Positions 1 to 10,241 of a stretch of DNA of 64,000 nt are shown piece after piece. How positions within the stretch are numbered: the first letter of the stretch is position 1; each line of letters opens with the position of its first letter. The translations under genes were made by a program, and so were the position numbers. The stretch is from an uncultured Desulfobacula sp. (GTDB lineage Bacteria; Desulfobacterota; Desulfobacteria; Desulfobacterales; Desulfobacteraceae): NCBI GenBank assembly GCA_963674905.2, contig CAXXXR010000002.1:2658588-2722587 (forward strand), written 5' to 3'. The notes below the pieces were generated by a model that was not told the DNA's origin, searched no databases, and saw only the letters and a list, made by a program, of their open reading frames with translations.

Positions 1-1
1 G

Positions 2-1066
2 GGAATCTGCAATCCCCATATTGATTTCTACTGCTGTGCGGCCCATGCCTATCCCCTGCCCGGTTCCACGGCCCTTGTCTCCCAGTCCGGAAACATGGGG
101 ACCCAGTTGCTGGCCTTTGCCGAGCAGCAGGATATCGGTATCCGGGCATTTTCAGGGTCGGGAAATGAAGCCATGGTCACCATTGAAGATTATATGGAGG
201 TGTTTGAGATTGATGACCTGACAAAGACCGTGGTCCTGTACATTGAGAGCGTCAAACACGGGAAGCGGTTTTTCAAGAGTGCGGTGCGGGTGTCTCGGCA
301 AAAGCCGGTGGTGGTGCTCAAGGGGGGACGGACGGAAAACGGCCGAAAGGCAGCGGCAAGCCATACCGGAGCCATGGCTTCGAATACCCGGGTGTTTGAT
401 GCGGCCTGCCGCCAGGCCGGGATCATCCAGGTGGATCAGCCCATGGAACTTCTGGACCTGTCTGCGGTATTTTCATCCCTGCCCCTGCCCCGGGGAAACC
501 GGGTGGCCATCATGACCCTTGGGGGCGGATGGGGGGTGATCACCACGGACCTGTGTACGGAACGCGGGCTGGTGGTCCCGGAGTTGCCCCGGGATATTAT
601 TGAACGGCTTAACCGAATCCTGCCGCCGTTCTGGAGCCATGCAAACCCGGTGGATATCGTGGGGGAGGGTGATCCCAATATTCCCAAAACCTGTCTGGAG
701 GAACTGCTCAAATGGGATGGATGCGATGCGGTCATTCATCTCGGGATTCACGGCAAAAGGGTGCTGGTCAACAATATGATTGACTCGGTACTCCGGACAG
801 ACCCTGATATTGATCCGGCCCAGGCCGCTTTTTTTAAGGAGTCCATCCTTCAGTTTGAAGAGGAGTATACACAGTATGTGGTCAAAATGACCCAGAAGTA
901 TGAAAAACCGGTTCTCGGGGTGAGTCTTTTGACCGATGCGATCAGCAGGACCCTTTACCGGGTTGACGGGTATGAATACAAGAGTGTATTCTTTCCCTCT
1001 CCTGAGCGGGCCGTCAAGGCGCTCTGGGGAATGTGCCGGTATCAGGACTGGAAAAAATCCCGGTAA
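2..1066 (+). CDS. Acetate/acyl-CoA ligase (ADP-forming) alpha-subunit-like CoA-binding protein, 5' partial
   Basis: Frame is open from base 2 (GICNPH...ALVSQSGNMG). It has SQSG, SGSGNEA, LKGGRT..G..AA.SHTGAMA, TLGGGWGV and NPVDI motifs of the succinyl-CoA-ligase-like AcdA family. Confidence 0.85.
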   Translation, partial: GICNPHIDFYCCAAHAYPLPGSTALVSQSGNMGTQLLAFAEQQDIGIRAFSGSGNEAMVTIEDYMEVFEIDDLTKTVVLYIESVKHGKRFFKSAVRVSRQKPVVVLKGGRTENGRKAAASHTGAMASNTRVFDAACRQAGIIQVDQPMELLDLSAVFSSLPLPRGNRVAIMTLGGGWGVITTDLCTERGLVVPELPRDIIERLNRILPPFWSHANPVDIVGEGDPNIPKTCLEELLKWDGCDAVIHLGIHGKRVLVNNMIDSVLRTDPDIDPAQAAFFKESILQFEEEYTQYVVKMTQKYEKPVLGVSLLTDAISRTLYRVDGYEYKSVFFPSPERAVKALWGMCRYQDWKKSR

Positions 1067-1154
1067 AGTGTTCACCGAACGGATTTGAGAACAAAACGCC
1101 GGCCATGGGCTTAAGCAAAGGAATCGTCACTATAAATCTGAGGAGGCAAAGAAA

Positions 1155-1946
1155 ATGAAATCCAGGATCACCACATCAACATTGATTAAAATGAAGCAGG
1201 AACAACAGAAAATTACCGCCCTCACCGCCTATGATTATCCGTTTGCTGCCATGCTGGATGAGGCGGGAATTGAGATCGTTCTGGTGGGAGACTCCCTGGG
1301 CATGGTGGTCCAGGGAAAGGAAAACACCCTCCCGGTGACCATGGATGAAGCCATCTATCACACCTCTATGGTGTCAAGGGCCTGCAAAGTTGCCATGGTG
1401 GTGGGAGACATGCCCTTCATGTCCTACCAGGGTTCCCTGGACCGGGCCGTTGAAAATGGGGGACGATTCCTCAAGGAAGCCGGGGCCTCCGCAGTAAAAC
1501 TTGAAGGCGGGGCTGATGTCTGCCCGGTGATCACTGCCCTTGCACGGGCGGGTATCCCGGTTCAGGGACATATCGGCCTGACTCCCCAGTCGGTGCATCA
1601 AATGGGGGGGTTCAAGGTCCAGCGGGATGAGGAGCGGCTGTTAAAGGATGCGGCAGATGTCCAGGCAGCCGGCGCTTTTTCCGTGGTGCTGGAAGGGATT
1701 CCATCGCCAATTTCCGCACGGATCACCCAGGCCCTTGACATTCCCACCATTGGTATCGGTGCCGGTGCTGAATGTGACGGCCAGATCCTGGTGCTGCACG
1801 ACATGCTGGGGATCAATGGCCGATTTTTGCCCAAGTTTGTGAAAAAATACGCCGATCTTGCCGGAGAGGCAAGAAAAGGTCTTGACCAGTATATCAAAGA
1901 GGTAAAAGGCGGGGAGTTTCCCTCAAAAGACTATGAATACAAGTAA
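1155..1946 (+). CDS. panB: 3-methyl-2-oxobutanoate hydroxymethyltransferase
   Basis: [29 protein letters not shown] and GIGAG..CDGQILV motifs; AGGAGG RBS upstream. Confidence 0.97.
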   Translation: MKSRITTSTLIKMKQEQQKITALTAYDYPFAAMLDEAGIEIVLVGDSLGMVVQGKENTLPVTMDEAIYHTSMVSRACKVAMVVGDMPFMSYQGSLDRAVENGGRFLKEAGASAVKLEGGADVCPVITALARAGIPVQGHIGLTPQSVHQMGGFKVQRDEERLLKDAADVQAAGAFSVVLEGIPSPISARITQALDIPTIGIGAGAECDGQILVLHDMLGINGRFLPKFVKKYADLAGEARKGLDQYIKEVKGGEFPSKDYEYK

Positions 1947-2847
1947 AAAATACCGGGAATTCTGTATCATCGGGTGCGGCCGTCTGGGGATCAATCTTGC
2001 CGTTTTTCTTGCCGGAAAGGGATTTGTTCCCATGGCCTTTTCAAGCAAAAGTCTTAAATCCGCAGACCAGGCTGTTGAATATGCGGGCCGGGGCAGGAGT
2101 TATGAAGACCCTGTGGAGGCCGTAAAAACCTGCAATCTTGTTTTTATCACCACCCCGGACACCCGTATTGAGCCGGTGTGCGAAAGGATTGCCAAAGAAA
2201 ACGGGTTTGGCCCTGAATCCGTGGTCTTTCACCTGTCCGGGGCCCTGTCTTCATGCATCCTGGCCCCGGCAAAAAACAGGGGTGCGGGTACGGGTTCCAT
2301 TCATCCCCTGCAGGCCTTTGCACCCTATGAAAGGGGACAGAAGTCTCCATTCAAGGGGATTAACATGTCCATTGAGGGGGATGACCGAGCCGTTGCACTG
2401 GGCAAGGAAATCGTTAATGCCCTAAAGGCCAACTTCTTTACCATTCCCACCCGGGCCAAAACCCTCTACCATGCCTCGGCCGTGGTGGCATCCAACTATC
2501 TGGTGACCCTGGAGCATTTTGCCCTGGAACTGCTCAAACAGGCAGACCTGACCGAAGAAAATGCCTATGAGATTCTGGAACCGCTGATCATGGGGACGTT
2601 GAACAATATCAAGGCCCGGGGCAGTATCAACGCCCTCACCGGTCCCGTGGCCCGGGGGGATGACGAGATCGTGTCCCGGCACCTGACCGATATTGATGGA
2701 CGACTCCCGCAATTTTCCCGTCTCTACCGGGTTCTGGGCAGACATACCCTGGATATTGCCCTTGCCGGAGCGGCCCGGGACCCAAGCAGTAATCGGATCA
2801 GTGACCAGGCCCGGCAAAGGCTGGGGGAGCTCTTTACCGATGGATAA
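1933..2847 (+). CDS. Rossmann-like + DUF2520 oxidoreductase, candidate PanG-type ketopantoate reductase
   Basis: GCGRLG dinucleotide-binding motif, [21 protein letters not shown] and LTGPVARGD; overlaps the panB stop. Confidence 0.85.
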   Translation: MNTSKKYREFCIIGCGRLGINLAVFLAGKGFVPMAFSSKSLKSADQAVEYAGRGRSYEDPVEAVKTCNLVFITTPDTRIEPVCERIAKENGFGPESVVFHLSGALSSCILAPAKNRGAGTGSIHPLQAFAPYERGQKSPFKGINMSIEGDDRAVALGKEIVNALKANFFTIPTRAKTLYHASAVVASNYLVTLEHFALELLKQADLTEENAYEILEPLIMGTLNNIKARGSINALTGPVARGDDEIVSRHLTDIDGRLPQFSRLYRVLGRHTLDIALAGAARDPSSNRISDQARQRLGELFTDG

Positions 2848-2848
2848 C

Positions 2849-2880
2849 GCCGTCAAATCTTGAACAGATTTAACGGCTTT
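2849..2880 (+). terminator. Probable intrinsic terminator between convergent genes
   Basis: gccgtcaaatct-tgaac-agatttaacggc is a 12-bp stem with 1 mismatch followed by ttt; it overlaps the 3' end of the convergent peptidase gene. Confidence 0.55.
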
Positions 2881-5864
2881 CCCCCTGTTGCCAACTGGGC
2901 ATTGGCCTGTTCCAGGCTCTTCTGGCTTGCGATGACGGCCGTGCCCTTCTGGTTGTCATCAATGGAGAAATAGGTCTGGGCAATGGCCTGGACCCGTTTT
3001 TTGTCCAGCCCCAGCAGCACATCCTTGAACCGCCGGCGGATGGAGTCATCCAGCCGGGTGATATCCCTGTAAAAGGCTTTCATGGCTGCGGGTCCCGGGG
3101 TTTCCGGCTTGTCGATTTCGGAACAGACCTGGAGGATGGCCTCTTTGACATCGGTCTGGGTATAGTTCCCCTGGATGATAAAATCACAGGCATTCTGATA
3201 GACATCCAGGGTTCGTTTGATGTGGGGGTCCCGGTATGACCCAAAGGAAAACAATCCTTCCTCGGAGTTGTAAATGGCAAAACCGCCGTAGGCACCGCCC
3301 TTTTCCCTTATCTCCCGATGAAGGTACAGGGACCTGAGCAGTTTTGCGATCACGGCCAGTCCCGGAGAATCCTCGTGAACAATCCGGGCCGTTTTAAACG
3401 ACTGACCCACGAAGGAGACCGAGGTGTTGGTATGCCAGCCGTCATGGGGCCGGTCTGTTGCAAAGGAAATATTTGGCGTGAAAAAACAGGGTCCGGCATG
3501 GTTTGACCCGGGACCATTTGACCCAGCATCATTTAATAGGGCATCGTGAATGGATCTCACCCTTTTTTCGGCATCTAAAATGGCATCTTTTCCCCCAATG
3601 ACGGCGGGTTTGAAATTGTCTTTTTTCAGGATGGACTCACTTATGGTGAGCAGGTTTTGTGACAGGGTCTCAAGGGTCTTGTGACCATTATCTCCTGAAT
3701 CCAATTGTTCCGTGATTTTTTTGACCAGTTGGTACTGGGCCACACCGTGCCAGAGTTCGTTGATATAGGAGGCCCGGGACAGGTGCCGGGAGGCCAGGGA
3801 GATGGCATACCGATGGCCCGTGGATACAATGGAGGCTTCCATTCCGGCCTGGTATTGCAGCAAGAGATTTTTCAGCCGGTTAAAATCCTGGAAATCTGCG
3901 GACTCAATGAACTCCCTGATCAGGTCAAACATGGGCGCCACATTCCGGTCCAGGGATTTTCCCTGGATGGCCAGAAAGGAATGGGACTCGGCTTCCTGGG
4001 AAAAATAGGACCCTGAAAACGGTGATACCGATATTCCTCCGGTATACAGATCCATGAGTTTGGCGATCTTGTCGTAGGTGTTTTGCCTGGTGCCGCTGTT
4101 GGTCAAGGCCTGGCAGAAAAACGGGACCAGTCCGAACAGGTCAGCCGGGATACTGCCGGCACCCACGGGGCAGGTAAAGTAGAGTATCCCGGAAGTGGCC
4201 TTGTCATAACAGGTGGAAAGCGTGACATCCTTGATCGCATCGGGCTTTATGATTTCAATCTCCGGGGGTACGTCAACCAGTTCCAGGGTGGGCAGGATGG
4301 ACACATCTTCTTCCCGTTCCTGGAGTGCTTCAAGGGTTTTGGTGTCTCTTCGTATCTGTTCAAGATCCTGTTCGGTCATCTGCTTTAATTTGCCTGCAAG
4401 CTCCTGCCGGGTCGCTTCAATCGTTTTTGCGGCCAGGCCCGTGTCCGGCTCAAGTGTGAAAAGGACCCTGTGGGGGTTGTCAAGGAAATACTGCCGTAAT
4501 TTTGCCTCAAGAAAAGGACCTTTCGTCAGATGGGCCTTTAATGTGTCCAGGTCGTGATCAATGTTAATGCAGGACACGGGATCTCCGTCATGGATCAGGG
4601 TGCTTGCGAAGGATAGAAGCAATTTGATCCCAAAGGGGTAGGGGGTGTTGGTGATCTCTTTTCTGTGGAATTCGATTTGATGGATGGCCGAATCAATCAG
4701 GTTTTGATCGATTCCCTGGTCCGCCAGTGTTTGAAGGGTTGAAAATATGATCTCTTCCACCTGTTTGACGGAATTTTTGGTAATATCCTTTAACCCGCAG
4801 GCAAACATGGTGTCCCGGTTGTCCGGGTCAAACCCGGTGGAATCCGCCAGGGCAGACCCGAGAGACGAGTCGATGAGGGCCTTTTTTAAGGGAGACGCCG
4901 AGTTTCCCAGGAGAATCTGTTCCAGGACGGTGAGCACAAGAATTTCAAAGGAATCTTTGACATCACAGGTGAGCCAGGCCACACAGGCCTGGTATTTTTT
5001 TGACAGATCTTTTGGGTCGTCATAGGCATAGGCCTGGGTAATTTCTTTTGGTGCATCCCACCGGGGCTGGGATGGAACACTTGAATCAATGGAAATCGCA
5101 TCAAATTGGTCCAGGACCTTTTCAGCGATAAACCCCAGGGTGTTTTCCAGGGGCAGATTTCCATAGGTGTAGAAACAGGCGTTGGACGGGTGATAGTACC
5201 CGGCATGGAATTCCTTTAGACCTTCCCAGGTCAGGGCCGGGATGTCGGCGGGCTCCCCTCCGGAGTTGTTTCGATAGGTGGTGTCCGGGTAGAGTGCTGC
5301 CAGAAGAGATCTTCCCATGACCTGACCCGGAGAGGACATGGCCCCTTTCATCTCATTGTAGACCACCCCTTTGTATTCCAGTTCAATCTCTTTTCCGTCT
5401 GTCTCGACAATCTCCATGCGGTGGCCTTCCTGCTTAAAGCTCAACTCATCTATTCGCGGGAAAAAGGCGGCATCCAGGTAAACATTCATGAGGTTGTAGT
5501 AATCTTTTGTGTTCTGGGTGGCAAAGGGGTACATGGTCCAGTCCGATGCGGTAAAGGCATTCATAAAAGTGGACAGGCTCCGCTTGATCATGGAAAAGAA
5601 AGGGTCCCGGACATTGAATTTTTTAGACCCGCACAATACCGTATGCTCCAGAATATGGGCCACCCCGGAAGAATCCGTGGGCACGGTTCTGAAAAATACC
5701 CCAAAGGTGTTTTCCTTGTCCCGGCTCAGGATATGGATGTGCCGGGCCTTTGTCCGGTTGTGCACAAGCTGGATCATGGCGGAATCTATTGTTTCAAGGG
5801 GTGTGATCTTTTCCAGGGTATATCCGCAGATTTCCTGACCTGGTTTGAATGCAGTCGTGTCCAT
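2853..5864 (-). CDS. Insulinase-family (M16C) Zn metallopeptidase, presequence protease PreP-like
   Basis: Inverted zinc motif HILEH, PFFSMIKRSL.TFMNAFT, GVVYNEMKG and IREKGGAYGG; about 1000 aa. Confidence 0.92.
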   Translation of the reverse strand: MDTTAFKPGQEICGYTLEKITPLETIDSAMIQLVHNRTKARHIHILSRDKENTFGVFFRTVPTDSSGVAHILEHTVLCGSKKFNVRDPFFSMIKRSLSTFMNAFTASDWTMYPFATQNTKDYYNLMNVYLDAAFFPRIDELSFKQEGHRMEIVETDGKEIELEYKGVVYNEMKGAMSSPGQVMGRSLLAALYPDTTYRNNSGGEPADIPALTWEGLKEFHAGYYHPSNACFYTYGNLPLENTLGFIAEKVLDQFDAISIDSSVPSQPRWDAPKEITQAYAYDDPKDLSKKYQACVAWLTCDVKDSFEILVLTVLEQILLGNSASPLKKALIDSSLGSALADSTGFDPDNRDTMFACGLKDITKNSVKQVEEIIFSTLQTLADQGIDQNLIDSAIHQIEFHRKEITNTPYPFGIKLLLSFASTLIHDGDPVSCINIDHDLDTLKAHLTKGPFLEAKLRQYFLDNPHRVLFTLEPDTGLAAKTIEATRQELAGKLKQMTEQDLEQIRRDTKTLEALQEREEDVSILPTLELVDVPPEIEIIKPDAIKDVTLSTCYDKATSGILYFTCPVGAGSIPADLFGLVPFFCQALTNSGTRQNTYDKIAKLMDLYTGGISVSPFSGSYFSQEAESHSFLAIQGKSLDRNVAPMFDLIREFIESADFQDFNRLKNLLLQYQAGMEASIVSTGHRYAISLASRHLSRASYINELWHGVAQYQLVKKITEQLDSGDNGHKTLETLSQNLLTISESILKKDNFKPAVIGGKDAILDAEKRVRSIHDALLNDAGSNGPGSNHAGPCFFTPNISFATDRPHDGWHTNTSVSFVGQSFKTARIVHEDSPGLAVIAKLLRSLYLHREIREKGGAYGGFAIYNSEEGLFSFGSYRDPHIKRTLDVYQNACDFIIQGNYTQTDVKEAILQVCSEIDKPETPGPAAMKAFYRDITRLDDSIRRRFKDVLLGLDKKRVQAIAQTYFSIDDNQKGTAVIASQKSLEQANAQLATGGKPLNLFKI

Positions 5865-5876
5865 TGTTTTTCCTTT

Positions 5877-6239
5877 TTAAACTTTTTTGTAGATGCCCCG
5901 GGATACCCGTTGGATTCTTTTGATCTTGTCCAGCCTGAAGATAATATTTCTCAGCTTTTTGTCTTCAAATCCCGTGGCTGCCTTTATGGTTTTAAAATCA
6001 GTGCCGTCGGGGTGATTGGCAATCACATCCAGGACAACGGAAGACGCACTTTTCCGCCTGGCCCCGGTTCTGGCCCGATTCTTTTTTGATCTTGGCTGTC
6101 GTTGATAAATTAATTGTTCAAGCTTGTCAAGCCTGTGGTGCAGCGAAATGATATCTGGTCGTGTGGGAATATCCAGCCGGCTTAACAGCATTTTTATAAA
6201 GCTTTCCCAGTTGGTTCCCGGTTCCGGTACTTGTGTCAT
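5877..6239 (-). CDS. Small hypothetical protein: phasin-like coiled coil + basic linker + C-terminal winged HTH
   Basis: LDIPTR.DI..L..RLDKLE segment, K/R-rich linker, then ...TGFEDKKLRNIIFRL.K..RIQRVSRGIY; GGAGG RBS; 12 bp upstream of the peptidase gene. Confidence 0.7.
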   Translation of the reverse strand: MTQVPEPGTNWESFIKMLLSRLDIPTRPDIISLHHRLDKLEQLIYQRQPRSKKNRARTGARRKSASSVVLDVIANHPDGTDFKTIKAATGFEDKKLRNIIFRLDKIKRIQRVSRGIYKKV

Positions 6240-6415
6240 GATACGCCTCCCAAAGAAAAGGGTTTATTGTTGATATGTAATGGGTTATAAACGATCAACG
6301 CCAATGGGGTTGATATGAAATCCTGAAACATAAGCTCCGGCTGAGAAATGACTATAGTTTGCATGAATGAAGTATAGATATATGTACTTGCAAGGAATAA
6401 GAAAGTCAAGTAGCA

Positions 6416-6544
6416 ATCCCTGGCCGACATGCGGGGCCGTCTGCTTCGTTGCCTGCGGTCGTTCCTCTTTGCGGAGTATGGTTTATACACCTCAGTCGTC
6501 ACTCCTTGGCGCCTTGCATCCGGCACCGTATGACGGCCAGGGAT
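6416..6544. repeat. 129-bp MITE/REP-like interspersed element with 15-bp terminal inverted repeats
   Basis: atccctggccgacat (6416-6430) and atgacggccagggat (6530-6544) differ by 1 mismatch. The interior (cttcgttgcc...gcggagtat..atacacctc...cgccttgcatccgg) resembles a structured repeat I recall from Deltaproteobacteria. Confidence 0.6.
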
Positions 6545-6643
6545 AAAAATCCCAAGCCGGTGCTATTGGGAATATAAATTAGGCGGTGGATTTGGGGTTC
6601 TATACTGAGAAGGAATGAGTAAATTGGAAATAAATAAGGAAAA

Positions 6644-7483
6644 ATGACACATCCCGGGCAGATATTAAAGGCGAACAATTTGTATGCCGGCAAAGAGCTG
6701 GGCCAGAATTTTCTTTCAAATCCGGGTACGGCCGATATGATTGTCAAAAAGACCGGCATATCCCGGGATACCCGGGTCCTGGAAATCGGTTCCGGTCTGG
6801 GTGCCCTGACCATCCCCATTGCACGGGCCAGCGATCATGTGACCACGGTTGAAAAGGATTCCCGTCTCATCCCCCTTTTGCAGCAGGAACTGGAAACCCA
6901 GGGTCTGACCCATGTCAAGGTCATCAATCAGGACGTGTTAAAACTGGATCTTTGTGAAATTGCCCAAGACAAAAAGCTTGTGGTCATTGGAAATCTTCCC
7001 TATAATATTTCCTCCCAAATTTTGTTCAGGCTGGTTGAAAACAGAGCGTGTATTGATACGGCGTTTCTGATGTTTCAACGGGAACTGGCCAAACGGATTA
7101 TTGCACTGCCCGGGGGAAAAGAGTACTCAAGGCTGTCTGCCGTGGTTCAATATGCCGCTCAGATCAGCCTTACGGCAACTATCGGGCCCTCGTCTTTTTT
7201 TCCCAGGCCTGAAGTGGACTCCAGTATTTTAAGATTCAAATTTTTTGAGCCCGGGCCATTGAGTTTGGACGAAGAAAAGATGCTGTTCAATGTGATCAAG
7301 GCGGCTTTTTCAAAACGAAGAAAGTCGTTAAAAAACTCCATGGTGGGCAAGGAGTTTGACTTTGAAAAAGAATTTATTGTCCAGGCCCTGGAACAGGCTG
7401 GAATAGATCCGGCCAGACGGGCTGAAACCCTTACCGTGGAGGAGTTTATATCTCTTGCCCGGGCCGTATGGTCGACAAGCTGA
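6644..7483 (+). CDS. rsmA: 16S rRNA (A1518/A1519) dimethyltransferase
   Basis: LGQNFL, LEIGSGLG, GNLPYNISS, MFQRE, FFPRPEVDS and RRAETL motifs. Confidence 0.96.
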   Translation: MTHPGQILKANNLYAGKELGQNFLSNPGTADMIVKKTGISRDTRVLEIGSGLGALTIPIARASDHVTTVEKDSRLIPLLQQELETQGLTHVKVINQDVLKLDLCEIAQDKKLVVIGNLPYNISSQILFRLVENRACIDTAFLMFQRELAKRIIALPGGKEYSRLSAVVQYAAQISLTATIGPSSFFPRPEVDSSILRFKFFEPGPLSLDEEKMLFNVIKAAFSKRRKSLKNSMVGKEFDFEKEFIVQALEQAGIDPARRAETLTVEEFISLARAVWSTS

Positions 7484-7496
7484 AGGAAAATTTAAG

Positions 7497-8939
7497 ATGA
7501 CGATGAGAATTTCCATAGACAATCTGATTGAAATTGTGAAGGGCGGCGGAAAAGTCAAGACCGGTGTGGATGTGTATAACTCAAAGAGTATCCTCCTGCT
7601 GGACAAGGATGTTCTTGTGGAAAAGGTAAAAATTCTCGAGATTATCAAAGAAAGCGGCATCAACTCGATTCCGGTGAATGCCGCCTCAAACGGTGGTCTC
7701 TGGGACGAAAAAGGGAATATGATTCAGATGGGGGCAGACGGGATGGTTGATCTGGATGCCCAGACAAGCCCTGCTTCTGGGGATACTGAAACAGAAGAAG
7801 AGGAACCCGTCCATGCCTTTCCCGATACCGCAGCCAATGAAATCGAGATGCGGCTCCATGAAATTGAAGAGATAAAACAGGAAGCCGGTAAAAAATACAA
7901 TACCGCAAAAACAAGCATTAAAAAAGTGCTCACAGACATCAAAAGTACAGGCGGTGAATTTGACTTTGATGAAGTCCAGAACAATGTTTCAGACCTGGTT
8001 GATTTCCTGGTGGTGGCGGATAATCCCTTTGCCTATCTGACCCAGGAGCTTTTTTCCTATGATGATTATCTGTACAATCACTGCATCAATGTGTGCACCA
8101 TTGGAACGGCGGTGGTCAACCGGTTTAATACCAGTTTTTCCCACATTGTCGATGATTTGATCAACGGCCATTCCGCCGATATTTATAATCCCTTTGAAAA
8201 GTCAGGCAAGAAACAGGAAAATTCATTTACCTGCTATTATGCCGATGATCTGAGTGATATCTCCCTGGGGTTTTTTCTTCACGATATCGGGAAAATCATC
8301 GTTCCCGACGAGGTGCTGAACAAAGAGGGGCGGCTGACTCCGGCTGAATTTGAACAGGTCAAGAGACATTCCTATGAACATGGTGTGAACCTTCTGGACA
8401 AGAACAAGCTGAAGAATTCCGTAATCCGGAACATCGTTAAATACCATCATGCCCCCCTGTACGAGGGGGAAGAACGGTGCTATCCTCTGGATAAAAAGCA
8501 TACCCAGATCCCTTTGTATGCCAGAATCTGCAAGCTGGCGGATATTTACGATGCCATGACATCCAAGCGGTGCTATAAAGAGGCCATCAACCCCATTTCA
8601 GTGGTGACCCGTTTGTTCAGGTCCTATGCCAAAAAAGACAGGATGCTTCAGTATATCCTCCACGCCTTTGTCAAGAGTATCGGGATCTATCCCCCGGGCA
8701 GTATCGTGTACCTGAGAAACGGTCAGATGGCCTATGTCCTTGAAAGTGCCGGGCCCATTGTTCTGCCCTTTACCGACGGAGACGAAAAGACCCTGACCCA
8801 AAAGCCTGATCCCATCAATGTCGGTTCACCGGGCATTGACGAACTGACCATGGTGGACAACAGAAGAAGCGTGAAAACCCCCAAAGACGTATATGAAATT
8901 CTTCCCCCATATATCAAAAAAATAACCGAAAGACCCTGA
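7497..8939 (+). CDS. HD-GYP domain protein (c-di-GMP phosphodiesterase-like)
   Basis: YLYNHCINV, LHDIGK, HH...CYP (GYP variant), LADIYDAMTSKRCYKEA and GIYPPGS; ATG 7497 chosen from its RBS. Confidence 0.85.
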   Translation: MTMRISIDNLIEIVKGGGKVKTGVDVYNSKSILLLDKDVLVEKVKILEIIKESGINSIPVNAASNGGLWDEKGNMIQMGADGMVDLDAQTSPASGDTETEEEEPVHAFPDTAANEIEMRLHEIEEIKQEAGKKYNTAKTSIKKVLTDIKSTGGEFDFDEVQNNVSDLVDFLVVADNPFAYLTQELFSYDDYLYNHCINVCTIGTAVVNRFNTSFSHIVDDLINGHSADIYNPFEKSGKKQENSFTCYYADDLSDISLGFFLHDIGKIIVPDEVLNKEGRLTPAEFEQVKRHSYEHGVNLLDKNKLKNSVIRNIVKYHHAPLYEGEERCYPLDKKHTQIPLYARICKLADIYDAMTSKRCYKEAINPISVVTRLFRSYAKKDRMLQYILHAFVKSIGIYPPGSIVYLRNGQMAYVLESAGPIVLPFTDGDEKTLTQKPDPINVGSPGIDELTMVDNRRSVKTPKDVYEILPPYIKKITERP

Positions 8940-9014
8940 AGATAATGATTTTCTTATGGTTCAGGACATTTGGCCCTGCGGGCAGCGGGTCTGGATGGTG
9001 TGAAAGGACGTTTT

Positions 9015-10241
9015 ATGATCAGAGCAAATGAGCATTACAATAAGTTAAAAGCCTCCTATCTTTTTTCCGACATTGCCAAACGAGTGGCAGACTATCAAGT
9101 AAAAAACCCGGACGCCGATATTATCCGTCTGGGGATTGGTGATGTGACAAAGGCATTGGTTCCGGCCGTGGTCAAGGGCTTCCACGCCGGGGTGGAGCAA
9201 ATGGCTGCGGATGCATCGTTTAGAGGGTATGGCCCGGAACAGGGGTATGCATTTTTAAGAGAGGCCATTGCAGCCAACGATTTCCAGGCCAGGGGAGCGG
9301 ATATATCCCCGGATGAAATTTTTGTCAGTGATGGGGCCAAATGTGATACCGGCAATTTCCAGGAATTGTTTGCCGTCGACATCCGGGTGGCCATTCCTGA
9401 TCCCGTCTATCCCGCCTACCTGGACACCAATGTCATGGCCGGCCGGACCGGAGAATTTCAGAACGGCAGGTACCATGGAATTGTCTATATGGACTGTTTA
9501 AAAGAAAATAATTTTCTCCCGAAATTGCCTGAAGAGCCGGCGGACCTGATTTACCTGTGTTTTCCCAACAATCCCACAGGTGCAACAGCCACAAAGGCAC
9601 AACTGGAACAATGGGTTGAGTACGCCCGGGACAACCGGGCATTGATCCTGTTTGACGCGGCCTATGAATCCTTTGTCCGGGATGAAACCCTGCCCAGATC
9701 CATTTATGAGATCAAGGGGGCAAAAGAAGTGGCGGTTGAATTCCGAAGTTTTTCAAAGACAGCCGGATTTACCGGAACCCGGTGCGGATTCACCGTGGTG
9801 CCCAAAGACTGCATGATCTATAGTGAATCAGGAGAGCGACTATCCCTCCACGCCCTGTGGAACCGGCGGCACAGCACAAAATTTAATGGAGTCTCCTATC
9901 CGGTTCAACGGGCGGCCCAGGCCGTGTACTCACCCGAGGGAAAAGCCCAGGTGAGTGAGCAGATTGCCTATTACCTGAACAATGCCGACATCATCCGGGA
10001 AACTGTTGAAGCCCTTGGATTTGATACGATTGGTGGGAAAAATTCCCCCTATATCTGGGTGGACGGCCAGGGCAGGGATTCCTGGGATTTCTTTGATCTT
10101 CTGTTGTCCAAAGCCTCGGTGGTGTGTACGCCCGGCGGGGGGTTCGGCAGGTGCGGCAGGTCCCATATCCGGATCAGCGCCTTCAACAGCCTTGAGCGGG
10201 TGACCACAGCCATGGAAAGATGTAAAGAGGTATTAAGATGA
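9015..10241 (+). CDS. dapL: LL-diaminopimelate aminotransferase
   Basis: LGIGDVT, FRGYGPEQGY, SDGAKCD, CFPNNPTGA and RSFSKTAGFTGTRCG; ATG 9015 follows an aaagga RBS. Confidence 0.95.
   Translation: MIRANEHYNKLKASYLFSDIAKRVADYQVKNPDADIIRLGIGDVTKALVPAVVKGFHAGVEQMAADASFRGYGPEQGYAFLREAIAANDFQARGADISPDEIFVSDGAKCDTGNFQELFAVDIRVAIPDPVYPAYLDTNVMAGRTGEFQNGRYHGIVYMDCLKENNFLPKLPEEPADLIYLCFPNNPTGATATKAQLEQWVEYARDNRALILFDAAYESFVRDETLPRSIYEIKGAKEVAVEFRSFSKTAGFTGTRCGFTVVPKDCMIYSESGERLSLHALWNRRHSTKFNGVSYPVQRAAQAVYSPEGKAQVSEQIAYYLNNADIIRETVEALGFDTIGGKNSPYIWVDGQGRDSWDFFDLLLSKASVVCTPGGGFGRCGRSHIRISAFNSLERVTTAMERCKEVLR

Noticed and set aside
6236-6526. 96-aa minus-strand ORF
   Set aside because: Runs through the interspersed repeat and an AT-rich promoter region and is not protein-like.
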